A stretch of 64,000 bases of DNA, from contig CAZVDE010000002.1 of the NCBI GenBank assembly GCA_964626065.1, forward strand, positions 26,032 through 90,031. Direction: 5' to 3'. The DNA comes from an uncultured Clostridiaceae bacterium. Lineage in GTDB: Bacteria > Bacillota > Limnochordia > Darwinibacteriales > Darwinibacteriaceae. The notes under the pieces are model-generated. The model was not told the DNA's origin. It saw nothing but the letters and a program-made list of their open reading frames with translations, and ran no database searches. Of this stretch, positions 1-9,994 are shown piece by piece (within the stretch, counting starts at the first letter, position 1; the number at the start of each line of letters is the position of its first letter). The position numbers and the translations under genes were made by a program.

Positions 1-100
1 TTTTTTTATCTCCTTTCTCCATTTCCGCGGCCAGTCCGGGCTCAACTGCGGGTTTAGCTTGGCCCGCGGGCCTTTGGCAGCCGGCAGCAAATTCTTTCAT
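1..100 (-). CDS. Hypothetical protein, N-terminal fragment; the gene runs off the window start
   Basis: ATG at complement of 98-100 is preceded by an AAGGAGGA RBS (complement of 107-114). The frame stays open to the window edge (MKEFAAGCQRPAGQAKPAVEPGLAAEMEKGDKK...). No recognisable family. Confidence 0.3.
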   Translation of the reverse strand, partial: MKEFAAGCQRPAGQAKPAVEPGLAAEMEKGDKK

Positions 101-287
101 TTTTAATCCTCCTTAAGCTTTTTAATAGTAGCCATTACTAATTTCCCCATAAAACGAGGAATTCCTCCTTTTTACCAAAACTTTCTCTGAGAACAGGCAC
201 TTTGCTTAAGGAAGGGAATTGGGCGGCAACGGAGAAAACATGGAGGTGTATGCAATGGTAAAATTTACTGAAGAAAGGGGTTTGAAC

Positions 288-1565
288 ATGAAGTTAAATT
301 ACAGGCGAACATTTTTCATCGGTTTGGCATTTATGTCCATTTCGGCTTTTTGGCAGTTGTACGACAGTATTATCCCCCTGATTTTGAAGCATACCTTCGA
401 GATTGGGGATACCTTGGCGGGGGCAATAATGGCCATTGATAACGTCTTGGCCCTATTTATGCTGCCCTTATTCGGGGCGCTTTCCGATAAAGTGGACACG
501 AAAATCGGCAAGCGGATGCCCTTTATTGTGGGGGGTACGACTGTGGCCGTAATTGCCATGGTGCTTTTGCCCGTGGCGGACAATCTGGTCAGCCTGCCCC
601 TATTCGCGGTAGTGCTTATGCTGACCCTGGTGGCCATGAGTACCTATCGTTCTCCCGCAGTGGCGCTCATGCCTGACGTAACGCCTAAACCGCTGCGGTC
701 CCAGGCCAACGGAATTATTAATCTCATGGGGGCGCTAGGCGCGGTGTTCTCTTTGCTTTTAATTTCTAAACTTGTACCGGCCACGGCACAGCCCAACTAC
801 ATGCCCCTTTTCGCCATTGTAGCCGGGTTTATGGTTTTTACCGTCGTGGTTTTATTCACTACCGTCAAAGAGAAGAAACTGGCGGCAGAGATGGCTGTTT
901 ATAACCGGGAAGAGGAAGAAGAAACAGGTGACAAGGGCAAGGGGGGGCGCATGGAGCCTGCCGTCTACCGCAGCTTCCTCTTTATCTTGGCCTCTATCTT
1001 TTTTTGGTTCTTTTCTTATAATGCCGTCACTACCGCCTTTTCCAAGTATGCCCAGGATTTTTTGGGAATTGAAGGGGGCGGTTTCGCGAGCATCCTCATG
1101 CTGGCCACCATTGCGGCGGTAGTTGCCTTTGTTCCCGCCGGTTTTATCGCGGCCAAGATCGGTAGAAAGAAGACAATTATGGGAGGCATCGTGCTCATGA
1201 CGGTATCTTTTACTACCGCTGCGTTTTTCACATCTTACACCCCTGCGCTGAGCGTGCTCTTAGTGCTGATTGGCTTCGGCTGGGCCTCCATTAACGTCAA
1301 TTCTTATCCGATGGTTGTGGAAATGTCTAGGGGCTCGGATGTGGGCCGCTTTACTGGGTACTACTATACTGCTTCCATGTCTGCGCAGATTTTGACGCCC
1401 ATTTTATCCGGTTTTTTCCTGGAACATGTGAGCTACCGCACCCTATTTCCCTATGCGGCAGTGTTTATGATTATTGCCTTAATTACCATGAGCCAAGTCA
1501 AGCACGGTGACAGCAAGGCGCAAGTTTCCGAAAATAAGTTGGAAATGTTGGATGTGGAAGACTAA
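288..1565 (+). CDS. MFS transporter
   Basis: 12-TM hydrophobic profile with an MFS-like loop 2-3 motif (GALSDKVDTKIGKRMPF). Start chosen at ATG 288, after a GAAAGGGG RBS, rather than the longer ORF beginning at 219. Confidence 0.8.
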   Translation: MKLNYRRTFFIGLAFMSISAFWQLYDSIIPLILKHTFEIGDTLAGAIMAIDNVLALFMLPLFGALSDKVDTKIGKRMPFIVGGTTVAVIAMVLLPVADNLVSLPLFAVVLMLTLVAMSTYRSPAVALMPDVTPKPLRSQANGIINLMGALGAVFSLLLISKLVPATAQPNYMPLFAIVAGFMVFTVVVLFTTVKEKKLAAEMAVYNREEEEETGDKGKGGRMEPAVYRSFLFILASIFFWFFSYNAVTTAFSKYAQDFLGIEGGGFASILMLATIAAVVAFVPAGFIAAKIGRKKTIMGGIVLMTVSFTTAAFFTSYTPALSVLLVLIGFGWASINVNSYPMVVEMSRGSDVGRFTGYYYTASMSAQILTPILSGFFLEHVSYRTLFPYAAVFMIIALITMSQVKHGDSKAQVSENKLEMLDVED

Positions 1566-1588
1566 TTTACACTAGAAGGGGCACGGCG

Positions 1589-2158
1589 GTGAAGCAAGTC
1601 CAAAAACAAAGCAAAATACGGATTCTGATCGATTTGATGTATACGTTTTTTAAGATGGGGCTGTTTACTTTCGGGGGCGGCTATGCCATGCTGCCCCTTT
1701 TGCAGCGGGAGATTGTGGACAATAAGGGCTGGGCCAGTGAAGAACAGCTGTTGGATTATTACGCCATCGGCCAAAGCACGCCCGGTATTATTGCAGTCAA
1801 TACCGCTTCATTTGTGGGTTATTTTCAAGGAGGCGTTGTGGGCGCGATTCTGGCCACGATCGGGCTTGTGCTGCCCTCTGTGATCATCATTCTCTTGGTG
1901 GCCACCATTTTGAGGCAGTTCACCGAGGCCGCTTTGCTGCAGCATGCCTTCGGCGGCATCAGGATTGCCGTTTCGGCCTTAGTGTCCTTTTCCATCTATC
2001 GTCTGGGAAAGGCGGGCATTGTGGATCGGTTGGCCCTGATCTGGACGATTTTATCCTTTGCGGCCATCGCCTTTTTTAATGTGTCGCCATTGTGGATTGT
2101 CTTGGCCTCCTTTGCGGTGGGCAATTTGGTGCAGTGGGGGAGGGAAAGGCGGGCATGA
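1589..2158 (+). CDS. chrA: Chromate-ion transporter (CHR) family, short-chain half protein, pair 1 first gene
   Basis: FGGGYAMLPLL...QSTPGIIAVNTASFVGY matches the CHR family signature. About 190 aa equals one half of a full-length ChrA. Confidence 0.8.
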   Translation: MKQVQKQSKIRILIDLMYTFFKMGLFTFGGGYAMLPLLQREIVDNKGWASEEQLLDYYAIGQSTPGIIAVNTASFVGYFQGGVVGAILATIGLVLPSVIIILLVATILRQFTEAALLQHAFGGIRIAVSALVSFSIYRLGKAGIVDRLALIWTILSFAAIAFFNVSPLWIVLASFAVGNLVQWGRERRA

Positions 2159-2724
2159 ATACGTTTTTTCTTTTAATTTTTGAATTTCTCAAAACAGGCT
2201 TATTTGCAATTGGCGGGGGTTTAGCCACACTGCCTTTCTTGCGGGAAATGGCCCAGCGCTATCCGTGGTTTACGATGGAGGATCTATTAGATATGATCGC
2301 CATCTCGGAGAGCACGCCGGGCCCGATTGGCATTAACATGGCCACCTTTGCCGGGTTTAATGCCGCCGGGCCGCTGGGTGGGGTGGTGGCCACATTGTCC
2401 ATTATTCTGCCCTCAATTATTATCGTGGTGATTATCGCTTCCTTTATGGAGCGATTCCAACAATCCGTTGTGGTGCAAAGGGGTTTTTACCTGCTCAGGG
2501 CAGCTACTGCGGGGTTGATTGGCGGCGCTGTTTTTGAAGTCATTTTATTGTCCTTGTTCAATCTGGAAGCGTATGGCGCGACGGGTGGGCTCTTGGCCCT
2601 GGTGCGCTGGCCGGCCGTGTTCATGTTTGCGGCCTTAGTTTACCTGATCAGAAGGTTTCCTAGGGTGCATCCGATTGCTTTTATCGCGGCCAGTGCCGTG
2701 ATGGGCATCTTACTCAAGTTATAA
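2155..2724 (+). CDS. chrA: Chromate-ion transporter (CHR) family, short-chain half protein, pair 1 second gene
   Basis: IGGGLATLPFL...ESTPGPIGINMATFAGF. Its ATG overlaps the stop of the upstream half (ATGA), a typical paired short-chain CHR arrangement. Confidence 0.8.
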   Translation: MNTFFLLIFEFLKTGLFAIGGGLATLPFLREMAQRYPWFTMEDLLDMIAISESTPGPIGINMATFAGFNAAGPLGGVVATLSIILPSIIIVVIIASFMERFQQSVVVQRGFYLLRAATAGLIGGAVFEVILLSLFNLEAYGATGGLLALVRWPAVFMFAALVYLIRRFPRVHPIAFIAASAVMGILLKL

Positions 2725-2787
2725 TGGTTTACGCAGGCAGCAGAACTGCACAAAGCAAGAAAATAAGAAGAAGGGATTGATACTGAC

Positions 2788-4257
2788 TTGGAAATAAGGG
2801 GTTTGCTTTACAGTCCGGAGGCAGTAGGGGACCAGCTGGTGTTGGTGGCGGAGGATAGCTTTGAGGCTTATGAATGGCCCTGCCCCCAACTGGAAAAGAT
2901 TGCGGCGGCCCAGGGTTTTAAGGGCGAGGCAGGCCAAATCATTGCCGCTTCTATGGTGGGCGAGGATAGGGAAAGTGTCCGCCGCGTGATCGTCGTTGGC
3001 CTGGGTGCAGAGGACGAGCTCTGTTTGGAGGGTGTGCGGAAGGCCTTGGGCAGTGGGCTGAAAGAAGCGGAGAAACTTAAAGTGGAAGTTTTAACCGCTG
3101 CCCCCCGGGTGTGGAAACGGCTGCCCGTTGCAGATGTGGCTCGGGCCATGGCGGAAACGGCAAAGATCAGCGGCTATCGTTTCGATCGCTATCTTTCCGA
3201 GAAAAAAGAAGCGGGCCTGAAAGTGCTCCAATTAGGCTATACACAGGAACAAGAAGCAGATGTGCTGCGAGGCCTCAAAGTGGGGCAGGCACTGGGCCGG
3301 GCCACCAATTTGGCCCGTGATCTTGTGAATGAACCGGCGAATGCCATGACACCGGGCCAACTCGCCGCGGAGGCAAAAAAAGCCGGGGCGGAGCATGGTT
3401 TTGAGGTAGAGGTCCATAAGGAGGAAGCCATTGTCCGTTTGGGCATGAAAGCCTTCTTGGAAGTGGGCAAAGCAAGTGCAAACAAACCCAGGCTGATTGT
3501 CATGCGCTACCGGGGCAACCCCGCTCAGCCGGAAGAAATTTTGGGCTTTGTGGGCAAGGGCATTACCTATGACAGCGGCGGGCTTTCCATTAAGCCGGGG
3601 ACGAGCATGCCCACCATGAAGTATGATATGGCCGGGGCAGGCGCGGTTATCGGCGCCATGAGCGCGATCGCCCGGGAACAACTGCCCTTAAACGTCGTGG
3701 CAGTAGTAGCGGCCTGTGAAAATCTGATTTCCGGCACCGGTTACCGCCCCGGAGATATAATCGAGACGATGGCGGGAAAAACTGTTCTAATCGAATCCAC
3801 CGATGCTGAAGGGCGCTTAACGCTGGCTGATGCGGTCCACTACATCCTTACGGAAGAGAAAGTGCATACCGTGGTCGACATTGCTACCTTGACGGGCGCG
3901 GTCATAGTGGCGCTGGGAGCTACCACGACCGGGGTGATCACCAATCAACAAGCCCTTTACGATAAAATGCAGGATGCGGCAGGAAAATCAGGTGAAAGGA
4001 TCTGGCAGCTGCCCGGTTTTGCTGAATACAAAGAATTAAACAAAACACCCCTGGCCGATCTGAAAAACACGGGAGGCAGGGGGGCCGGGACGGTGACTGC
4101 CGGCTTGTTTATTGAGGCCTTTGCACAGGAAAAACCGTGGATACACCTGGACATTGCGGGCACGGCCTTTGCTGATAAGGGCAGAGACTATTTTGCTGAA
4201 GGGGCAACGGGTGTCGGTGTAAGGCTGCTGTACCACTTCGCCGAAACGTACCTTTAA
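2788..4257 (+). CDS. pepA: Leucyl aminopeptidase (M17 family)
   Basis: M17 motifs VGKGITYDSGG and NTDAEGRL. About 490 aa. TTG start follows a GAAGAAGGGA RBS. Confidence 0.9.
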   Translation: MEIRGLLYSPEAVGDQLVLVAEDSFEAYEWPCPQLEKIAAAQGFKGEAGQIIAASMVGEDRESVRRVIVVGLGAEDELCLEGVRKALGSGLKEAEKLKVEVLTAAPRVWKRLPVADVARAMAETAKISGYRFDRYLSEKKEAGLKVLQLGYTQEQEADVLRGLKVGQALGRATNLARDLVNEPANAMTPGQLAAEAKKAGAEHGFEVEVHKEEAIVRLGMKAFLEVGKASANKPRLIVMRYRGNPAQPEEILGFVGKGITYDSGGLSIKPGTSMPTMKYDMAGAGAVIGAMSAIAREQLPLNVVAVVAACENLISGTGYRPGDIIETMAGKTVLIESTDAEGRLTLADAVHYILTEEKVHTVVDIATLTGAVIVALGATTTGVITNQQALYDKMQDAAGKSGERIWQLPGFAEYKELNKTPLADLKNTGGRGAGTVTAGLFIEAFAQEKPWIHLDIAGTAFADKGRDYFAEGATGVGVRLLYHFAETYL

Positions 4258-4263
4258 ACACTA

Positions 4264-4292
4264 GGGGGGAGCGGAAGGGCTTCCCCCTTTTT
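4264..4292 (+). terminator. Putative Rho-independent terminator after pepA
   Basis: GGGGGGAGC-GGAAGG-GCTTCCCCC stem-loop with one mismatch, followed by TTTTT. Confidence 0.5.
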
Positions 4293-4299
4293 AGAACGG

Positions 4300-5283
4300 A
4301 TGAGATTTATGGCAGAGAATTCTGTTTGGGCCGGGAAGGGTTTTGCCGCCGTGATGGCCATCATCGCCTGCGTTTTGTGGGGCAGCGCTTTCCCGGTCCT
4401 CAAGATTACCTATGCTGAGCTAAATCTAGCGCCCGGAGACAGCGCGGCGCGCTTGGTTTTAGCCGGCCTGCGTTTTTTCATTGCCTCCGTTTTTTTGTTG
4501 GCAGTTCTCAAATTCGGGCTGCGGCGGCCGCTTAAGATCGAAAGGCACCGGTGGCGGCACCTATTATTACTGGGCCTGGCTCAAACCGGTTTACAGTATT
4601 ATTTCTTTTATAACGGCCTGGCCCATACGGGCGGCATAAAATCCGCGGTACTCAATGCGGTGGGCAATTTCTTGGTTGTGATTGTGGCCCACTTTATCTA
4701 TGCGGACGATAGGTTGAACGGGGCTAAGGTTTTAGGTTTGATTACCGGGTTTGCCGGCATTATTTTAGTAAACTGGCAGGGGGGGTTAAAAGGCGGGTTT
4801 TGGGATTGGGCCTGGCGCGGCGAGGGTTTCATTCTGTTAAGCGGGATGGCGGGTGTGTACGGAACATTTAAGGCCAAGGAATTGGCCCGAGATGTGCATC
4901 CCATTGTAATCAATGCCTACCAGATGCTCTTTGGCTCACTACTGCTCCTTGCCGCAGGTATCGCCGCAGGCGGCGCCACGGGCGGCGCCGGTTTGGCGGT
5001 GCTGCGGGGCGCCGGGCCTTTGTTTTGGGCACTCTTGCTTTATTCCGCTTTTTTGTCCGCTGCCGCCTTCTCCATTTGGTATACGCTTTTGCGGCATAAT
5101 AAAGCGGGGGAGATTACCCTTTATCGTTTCGTCATTCCCATTTCCGGTTCTCTGCTTTCCGCTTTGGTACTACCCGGCGAAGACTTTACCCTATCTGTTT
5201 TGCTCGCTTTGCTTTTGGTCGCGTCCGGACTTATAGCTGTTAATTACCGAGGTCGAAAGGGGGAGGCCCATGGCCGTTTATGA
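4300..5283 (+). CDS. DMT-superfamily (EamA-like) transporter
   Basis: Two repeated 5-TM EamA-like halves; about 10 TM; 327 aa. Confidence 0.75.
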   Translation: MRFMAENSVWAGKGFAAVMAIIACVLWGSAFPVLKITYAELNLAPGDSAARLVLAGLRFFIASVFLLAVLKFGLRRPLKIERHRWRHLLLLGLAQTGLQYYFFYNGLAHTGGIKSAVLNAVGNFLVVIVAHFIYADDRLNGAKVLGLITGFAGIILVNWQGGLKGGFWDWAWRGEGFILLSGMAGVYGTFKAKELARDVHPIVINAYQMLFGSLLLLAAGIAAGGATGGAGLAVLRGAGPLFWALLLYSAFLSAAAFSIWYTLLRHNKAGEITLYRFVIPISGSLLSALVLPGEDFTLSVLLALLLVASGLIAVNYRGRKGEAHGRL

Positions 5284-5686
5284 GAAGGAGATTGAAGTTC
5301 GGTATGCAGAAACGGATCAGATGGGTGTAGTTTACCACGCTAATTATCTGGTTTGGTTTGAACTGGGCCGCAGTGCGCTTTTGGCTGCCCAGGGGTTGGA
5401 CTATGCGGGCCTGGAACAGCAAGGTTTCCTTTCGCCCGTAATCAGTGTGGAGGCTTCTTTTTTAAGCCCGGTCCGTTACGGGGAGGCGGTGGTGATTAAG
5501 ACCAAAGTACAGGCCTACGATGGCCTGCGCACCACTTATGCTTATGAGGTTTGGGTGGATGAAAGGCTGTGCGTGCGGGGCCGCAGTGTGCATGTTTGTG
5601 TACGCAAAGAAGGGTTTCGGCCAATTTCTATCCGGCGCAGTTTGCCGAAATGGGACGCAGTTTACGAGAGAATTAAACATTCTTAG
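5270..5686 (+). CDS. Acyl-CoA thioesterase, YbgC/4HBT hot-dog family
   Basis: N-terminus EIEVRYAETDQMGVVYHANYLVWFE is the classic 4HBT/YbgC signature. 138 aa. Overlaps the upstream gene by 14 nt. Confidence 0.8.
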   Translation: MAVYEKEIEVRYAETDQMGVVYHANYLVWFELGRSALLAAQGLDYAGLEQQGFLSPVISVEASFLSPVRYGEAVVIKTKVQAYDGLRTTYAYEVWVDERLCVRGRSVHVCVRKEGFRPISIRRSLPKWDAVYERIKHS

Positions 5687-5820
5687 CCTGGCGCAGAGCG
5701 CAGCAGCCCTAGGGTAAGGATAACGTTATTCGGGGTTATTTGGGCAAAAACGGTTGTTTTTCGGCTTAGACAATGGGATCCGCCCTTGCTATGATGGAGG
5801 TGAGAAAGGGGAGAACCGGC

Positions 5821-5886
5821 GTGGAAAAGAAGAAAGCCCCCAAAGCTGCCCCCAAAAAGCAGCCACCTGCCAAAGGCGGCAAATAA
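5821..5886 (+). CDS. Tiny Lys/Ala/Pro-rich ORF (21 aa), hypothetical
   Basis: GTG start 8 nt after an AAAGGGGAG RBS. Translation V/M-EKKKAPKAAPKKQPPAKGGK. Immediately followed by a strong terminator. Coding status is uncertain. Confidence 0.25.
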   Translation: MEKKKAPKAAPKKQPPAKGGK

Positions 5887-5910
5887 CAATTAAAGCGTAG
5901 TTTTGAAGAA

Positions 5911-5937
5911 AAAGCCGGTGAACCCCACCGGCTTTTA
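5911..5937. terminator. Bidirectional Rho-independent terminator
   Basis: GCCGGTG-AACCC-CACCGGC hairpin flanked by A-run and T-run. It serves the minus-strand EAL gene, whose stop overlaps the T-tract, and the plus-strand small ORF. Confidence 0.7.
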
Positions 5938-8346
5938 TCTAAAAAAACCGTTTTGGACCAGCCTGCTGTTGAGCCCGCGCACCATTTCGGGATAATCCCG
6001 CCACGGTACCGGCCTGCTGAAATAGTAACCCTGGGCTTCGGTGCAGCGCATTTTAACCAGGAGTTCCAGCTGTTTAGGCCGTTCCACTCCTTCCGCGACT
6101 ATGGACATGGACAGGTTTCTGCCCATGCCGATTATGGAGCGCACCAGGCCTTCGGTGCGCAGATTTTGGTCTAAAAGATCAATAAAAGTGCGATCGACCT
6201 TGAGGATTTCCATGGGGTAGCGAACCAAATAATCCAATGTGGAGTAAGCAGTGCCAAAGTCGTCGATGGCCAAATCGACGCCCAGCCGCTGCAGCTGCCC
6301 TAGGTTGTTGAGCACGGCTGCCGTGGGGGACAGCATGGTATCTTCTGTTATTTCAATCTGCAAAAAGCTGGCGGGCAAAGAGTGTTGTTGTAGAATAGTA
6401 CTTACAACTTGGGGGAAATTAGGTGAACGAAAATGGCTGGCTGAGATGTTCACGGCGGCCCTGCCCATGACTAAGCCTTGTTTTTGCCACAGGCGGTGCT
6501 GGCGGCAGACTTCCTCCAGCATATATTCGCCGATCTGCTCCATGAACCCGCCTTGCTCTGCCGCCGGCAGAAATTCGCCCGGTTGAAGCAGGCCCCGCAC
6601 CGGGTGGTTCCAGCGAATAAGTGCTTCCTTGCCAACGATCTGGCGAGATTCGAGCCGAATAATTGGTTGGTAATAGACAGTGAACTGCCTTCTTAGTAAA
6701 GCGTTGCGGATCTCGGTTTGAAAGCGCAGTTTGTCCATAATTGCGTGGTGTATATCCGGGTTATAAAGCTTGACAGTGCCGACTGAATCATGTTCCGCAT
6801 CGTACAGCGCAGTCTGGGCCTGCTGAAAAAATGCCTCTGCGCTCAGTGCTTCGTGCTCGCCGATGGTGACGCCCCCGAACAGGCGAATTTCTACATCGCT
6901 GCCTTCAATCGAAAGGGGGTGGCTGAACAGATCGTTTAAGCGGTCAATTAGCTGCAGTACCCCACCTGTACCGGAGGGGGCGAACAGCCCGAACTCCGCT
7001 TCAGCGACCCTGCCCACAACTTTTTTGCCACCGCCCATAGTATTTAAAGCGTTCGCAGTTTCGATTAAGATCTCGTCCACCACTTCCGGCCTCAAAAGTG
7101 TTTTTAGTTCGGCCAAACCCCGGATACTGATTAGTGCCAAGACAACGGTGGGATTATGATTGAGGCAGTTGCCGAGTTCACTCAAGAAATAGTGGCGGTT
7201 GGGCAGCTTAGTCAGGGGATCAAGGTAGGTCATGGTGCCGATGGTGTCCATCATGCGGTTGAAAAAGATGCGCGTATCCCCAAATTCATCGGCTGAGGCC
7301 ACTTCGGCCCGCACTGTGAGATCCCCCTCTGATCCCCGGCGAAAGACTTCCTTTAACTCTACAATGGGGGCGGTGATGGTACCCGCGAACCAAAATCCTA
7401 ATCTTAGAACTAGCAGCAGGCCCAGGCCCGAAGCGATGAGTGAAAAATAGATCAGGCGTTTAAGGGGCCGCTTATAATAAGCGGTTGGCAGTTTGGTCAC
7501 AACGGTCCAGCCCGGGGTATGGGGGATTTCGGATAAAAAAGCCCGGTATTCAACCCCATCTTGGCTGTAAGTGAAGGTGCCGGAATCGCGGATGCGTAAA
7601 TCACCCCATTGGGGGTGAAAGTCGCTGAGAGATCTATCAAGGATAAAACCGGGATTTTGATGGGTAATAAAACGCCCGTTTTCATCGATAAGATAGATGT
7701 CCCAATCGGGGTGTTCGTGTTTAAGGCCCGCAATCGTCTGATAAATTTCGGTTAAGCCAACGCCCAAGCCCAGCAGGCGCACAACTTCGGTGCGCGTATC
7801 GTTCCAGATCGGTGCAGCTAAAACAACAATTTTTTCTCCGGTGGAACGGGAAACAAGGGGTTCTGAGATAACCGTTTCGCCGCCCATCACCTGCGCAAAG
7901 TAGGAACGATCGGCAATATTGCCCGCCGGGCTGCGCAGGGTGGTGTTGTAACTGCCGTCTTTTTCAGCCACAAAATAAATGCGGTAATACTGATCTGTGT
8001 TTTCCATCTGCCCCTGCAGCAGCGGTTCCATTTCATCCCAGCGGGACTCTTTTAAAATGTCCGCCTCAGCCAGTTTGCTCAGCTCGCGCACCCGTTCTTG
8101 GCGCCACGTTTGGATGCTGCGAGCATAGCCCTGCACCACCGATATGGCGTTTTGCTCCAAGAGGTCCCTAACCAGAGAATGGGAAAGAAACCCCACGATT
8201 GCTAAGATGATTAGTGTAATGACTAAAACAATGGTAATGAACAGTACTAAAATGCGTTGTTTGATGCTGCCAAATAAACGGCTCGTCATTGCCGCTTCCT
8301 CCCACCGGCTTGCATGACTTCTACGTTTTTCGACGTTAGGTGACAA
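5935..8346 (-). CDS. Membrane sensor c-di-GMP phosphodiesterase: TM-Cache-like-HAMP, degenerate GGDEF, EAL
   Basis: EAL motifs are present (EALIRW, DDFGTAYSTL, EGVE). The GGDEF site reads R-V-AEAEF-GLF instead of GGDEF, so the cyclase half is probably inactive. The N-terminus has a TM segment and a periplasmic sensor region. Confidence 0.8.
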   Translation of the reverse strand: MSPNVEKRRSHASRWEEAAMTSRLFGSIKQRILVLFITIVLVITLIILAIVGFLSHSLVRDLLEQNAISVVQGYARSIQTWRQERVRELSKLAEADILKESRWDEMEPLLQGQMENTDQYYRIYFVAEKDGSYNTTLRSPAGNIADRSYFAQVMGGETVISEPLVSRSTGEKIVVLAAPIWNDTRTEVVRLLGLGVGLTEIYQTIAGLKHEHPDWDIYLIDENGRFITHQNPGFILDRSLSDFHPQWGDLRIRDSGTFTYSQDGVEYRAFLSEIPHTPGWTVVTKLPTAYYKRPLKRLIYFSLIASGLGLLLVLRLGFWFAGTITAPIVELKEVFRRGSEGDLTVRAEVASADEFGDTRIFFNRMMDTIGTMTYLDPLTKLPNRHYFLSELGNCLNHNPTVVLALISIRGLAELKTLLRPEVVDEILIETANALNTMGGGKKVVGRVAEAEFGLFAPSGTGGVLQLIDRLNDLFSHPLSIEGSDVEIRLFGGVTIGEHEALSAEAFFQQAQTALYDAEHDSVGTVKLYNPDIHHAIMDKLRFQTEIRNALLRRQFTVYYQPIIRLESRQIVGKEALIRWNHPVRGLLQPGEFLPAAEQGGFMEQIGEYMLEEVCRQHRLWQKQGLVMGRAAVNISASHFRSPNFPQVVSTILQQHSLPASFLQIEITEDTMLSPTAAVLNNLGQLQRLGVDLAIDDFGTAYSTLDYLVRYPMEILKVDRTFIDLLDQNLRTEGLVRSIIGMGRNLSMSIVAEGVERPKQLELLVKMRCTEAQGYYFSRPVPWRDYPEMVRGLNSRLVQNGFFR

Positions 8347-8361
8347 ACTCCTTGGAAAAAG

Positions 8362-9900
8362 TTACAACAGGGGGGCCAATAATCTTAAAGCAGCCCACTT
8401 CAACCTGCGCAGCGCAGGCAGGTTAGTGTAAAGGGAGAGCTCAACTTCTTGGCAGAGGTGCAGTGTTTCCAGAAAATCATCCTTGATCTGCATTACGCTG
8501 GGTGTTTTATACAGCCAAACCCCGTTTTCAAAATGGAGGTACAGGCTGCGGTAATCCAGATTAATAGTGCCCACTACCGCGACTTCGTCATCGGCGACGA
8601 ATGTTTTGGAATGCATAAATCCGGGGGTGTATTCATAGATGCGCACCCCGCTTTGGAGTAAAACAGGGTAATAAGAACGGGTCACGGTGTGCACCAGTGC
8701 CTTATCGGGGATGTGGGGCGTCACGATGCGTACGTCAACACCGGCCTTAGCTGCGTTGGCCAGCGCCATAATCATTTCGTTATCCAGAATTAGATAGGGT
8801 GTATTGATATACACATGGTCTTTGGCCCGGGAAATAAGATTCAAATAGACCGTTTCACCCACCGCTTCCCCATCCAGGGGATTATCCCCAAAGGGTTGGA
8901 TATAGCCTGTGGCGTCGCCCGCCGGTGTGGGGGGGAAGCTTACCGGTCTAAAGCTTTCCAGATCCTCCGCTGTTCCCCGCAGGTATTCCCACATTGTCAA
9001 AAACATGACAACCAGTGACCAGGCCGCTTCTCCTTTGATCATAAAAGCGGAGTCCTTCCAGTGGCCGTATTTTTCAAAGGCATTAATGTATTCGTCCGCC
9101 AGATTGATACCGCCCGTAAAACCGGTATGGCCGTCAATGACCAGGATTTTACGGTGGTCGCGGTTGTTGAGCCTGGCAGACAAAATGGGCTGCAGCGGAT
9201 GGAAGCGGGCCGTTTTTATCCCTAGCTTCTGAAGCTTGTTAGAGTAGTTGTGCGGGAGTTTGAAGGCGCAACCCAGATCATCGTAGATCAAGCGGACATC
9301 TACGCCCTCCTTGACTTTTTGCACTAAAATATCCAAGATAGAATTCCACATGATGCCCGGTTCAATAATAAAATATTCCAAGAAAATATATTCTTCCGCT
9401 TTTTCCAGCTCCCTCAGCATTGCTTCAAAAGCCAGTTCACCCAGGGGGTAAAAATGGGAGTAAGTATGTTTGTAAATGGGGAAAGCGCCGTGGTTTTGAA
9501 TATAGCGGGCTTGGTTTGCGGCATGTTTGTCCAGTGCGGCCAGCCGCTGCACGATGGGCTCGCTGGAAGCCATGGACGTTTCGCCGTGAAGCTTAATTTG
9601 GGCCATTTTGTGCCGCATGCGCGGATTCACTCGGCGGTTGCCCAAAACGAGGTAAAACAATCCGCCGAAGATGGGAAAAAGAATGATAGGAATAATCCAG
9701 GAAATCTTGTAGGCCGATTTATCATTGCCGCCGGCTATGATGAGCACCACTACTGCGCTCAGTACCGTGCTGAAGGCATAGAAGAGTGGGAAATAACGCC
9801 CGAAGCGCCCAATCATAAGAATTAATGTGGCTGCTTGCGCGCCGATGGCTATACCGATAATCGTGACTCTATGAAATAAAAGCGATAAAATTTTCTTCAT
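8362..9900 (-). CDS. cls: Cardiolipin synthase (phospholipase D family)
   Basis: Two HKD motifs (HRKILVIDG...D and HSKTFVADDEVAVVGTINLD). N-terminal TM helices. 512 aa. Confidence 0.9.
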   Translation of the reverse strand: MKKILSLLFHRVTIIGIAIGAQAATLILMIGRFGRYFPLFYAFSTVLSAVVVLIIAGGNDKSAYKISWIIPIILFPIFGGLFYLVLGNRRVNPRMRHKMAQIKLHGETSMASSEPIVQRLAALDKHAANQARYIQNHGAFPIYKHTYSHFYPLGELAFEAMLRELEKAEEYIFLEYFIIEPGIMWNSILDILVQKVKEGVDVRLIYDDLGCAFKLPHNYSNKLQKLGIKTARFHPLQPILSARLNNRDHRKILVIDGHTGFTGGINLADEYINAFEKYGHWKDSAFMIKGEAAWSLVVMFLTMWEYLRGTAEDLESFRPVSFPPTPAGDATGYIQPFGDNPLDGEAVGETVYLNLISRAKDHVYINTPYLILDNEMIMALANAAKAGVDVRIVTPHIPDKALVHTVTRSYYPVLLQSGVRIYEYTPGFMHSKTFVADDEVAVVGTINLDYRSLYLHFENGVWLYKTPSVMQIKDDFLETLHLCQEVELSLYTNLPALRRLKWAALRLLAPLL

Positions 9901-9994
9901 AAACGAAACCCCTTCCCCAAACTCTCCCTAATACATTCATCTTGGTTGAGCCGATTTCCTTTGTCAAGTAGCGAAAGTGGGCACAAACTCTTTA

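Noticed and set aside
6863-7159. A functional GGDEF cyclase in the 803-aa sensor
   Set aside because: The motif position reads AEAEF, not GG(D/E)EF. I call it degenerate.
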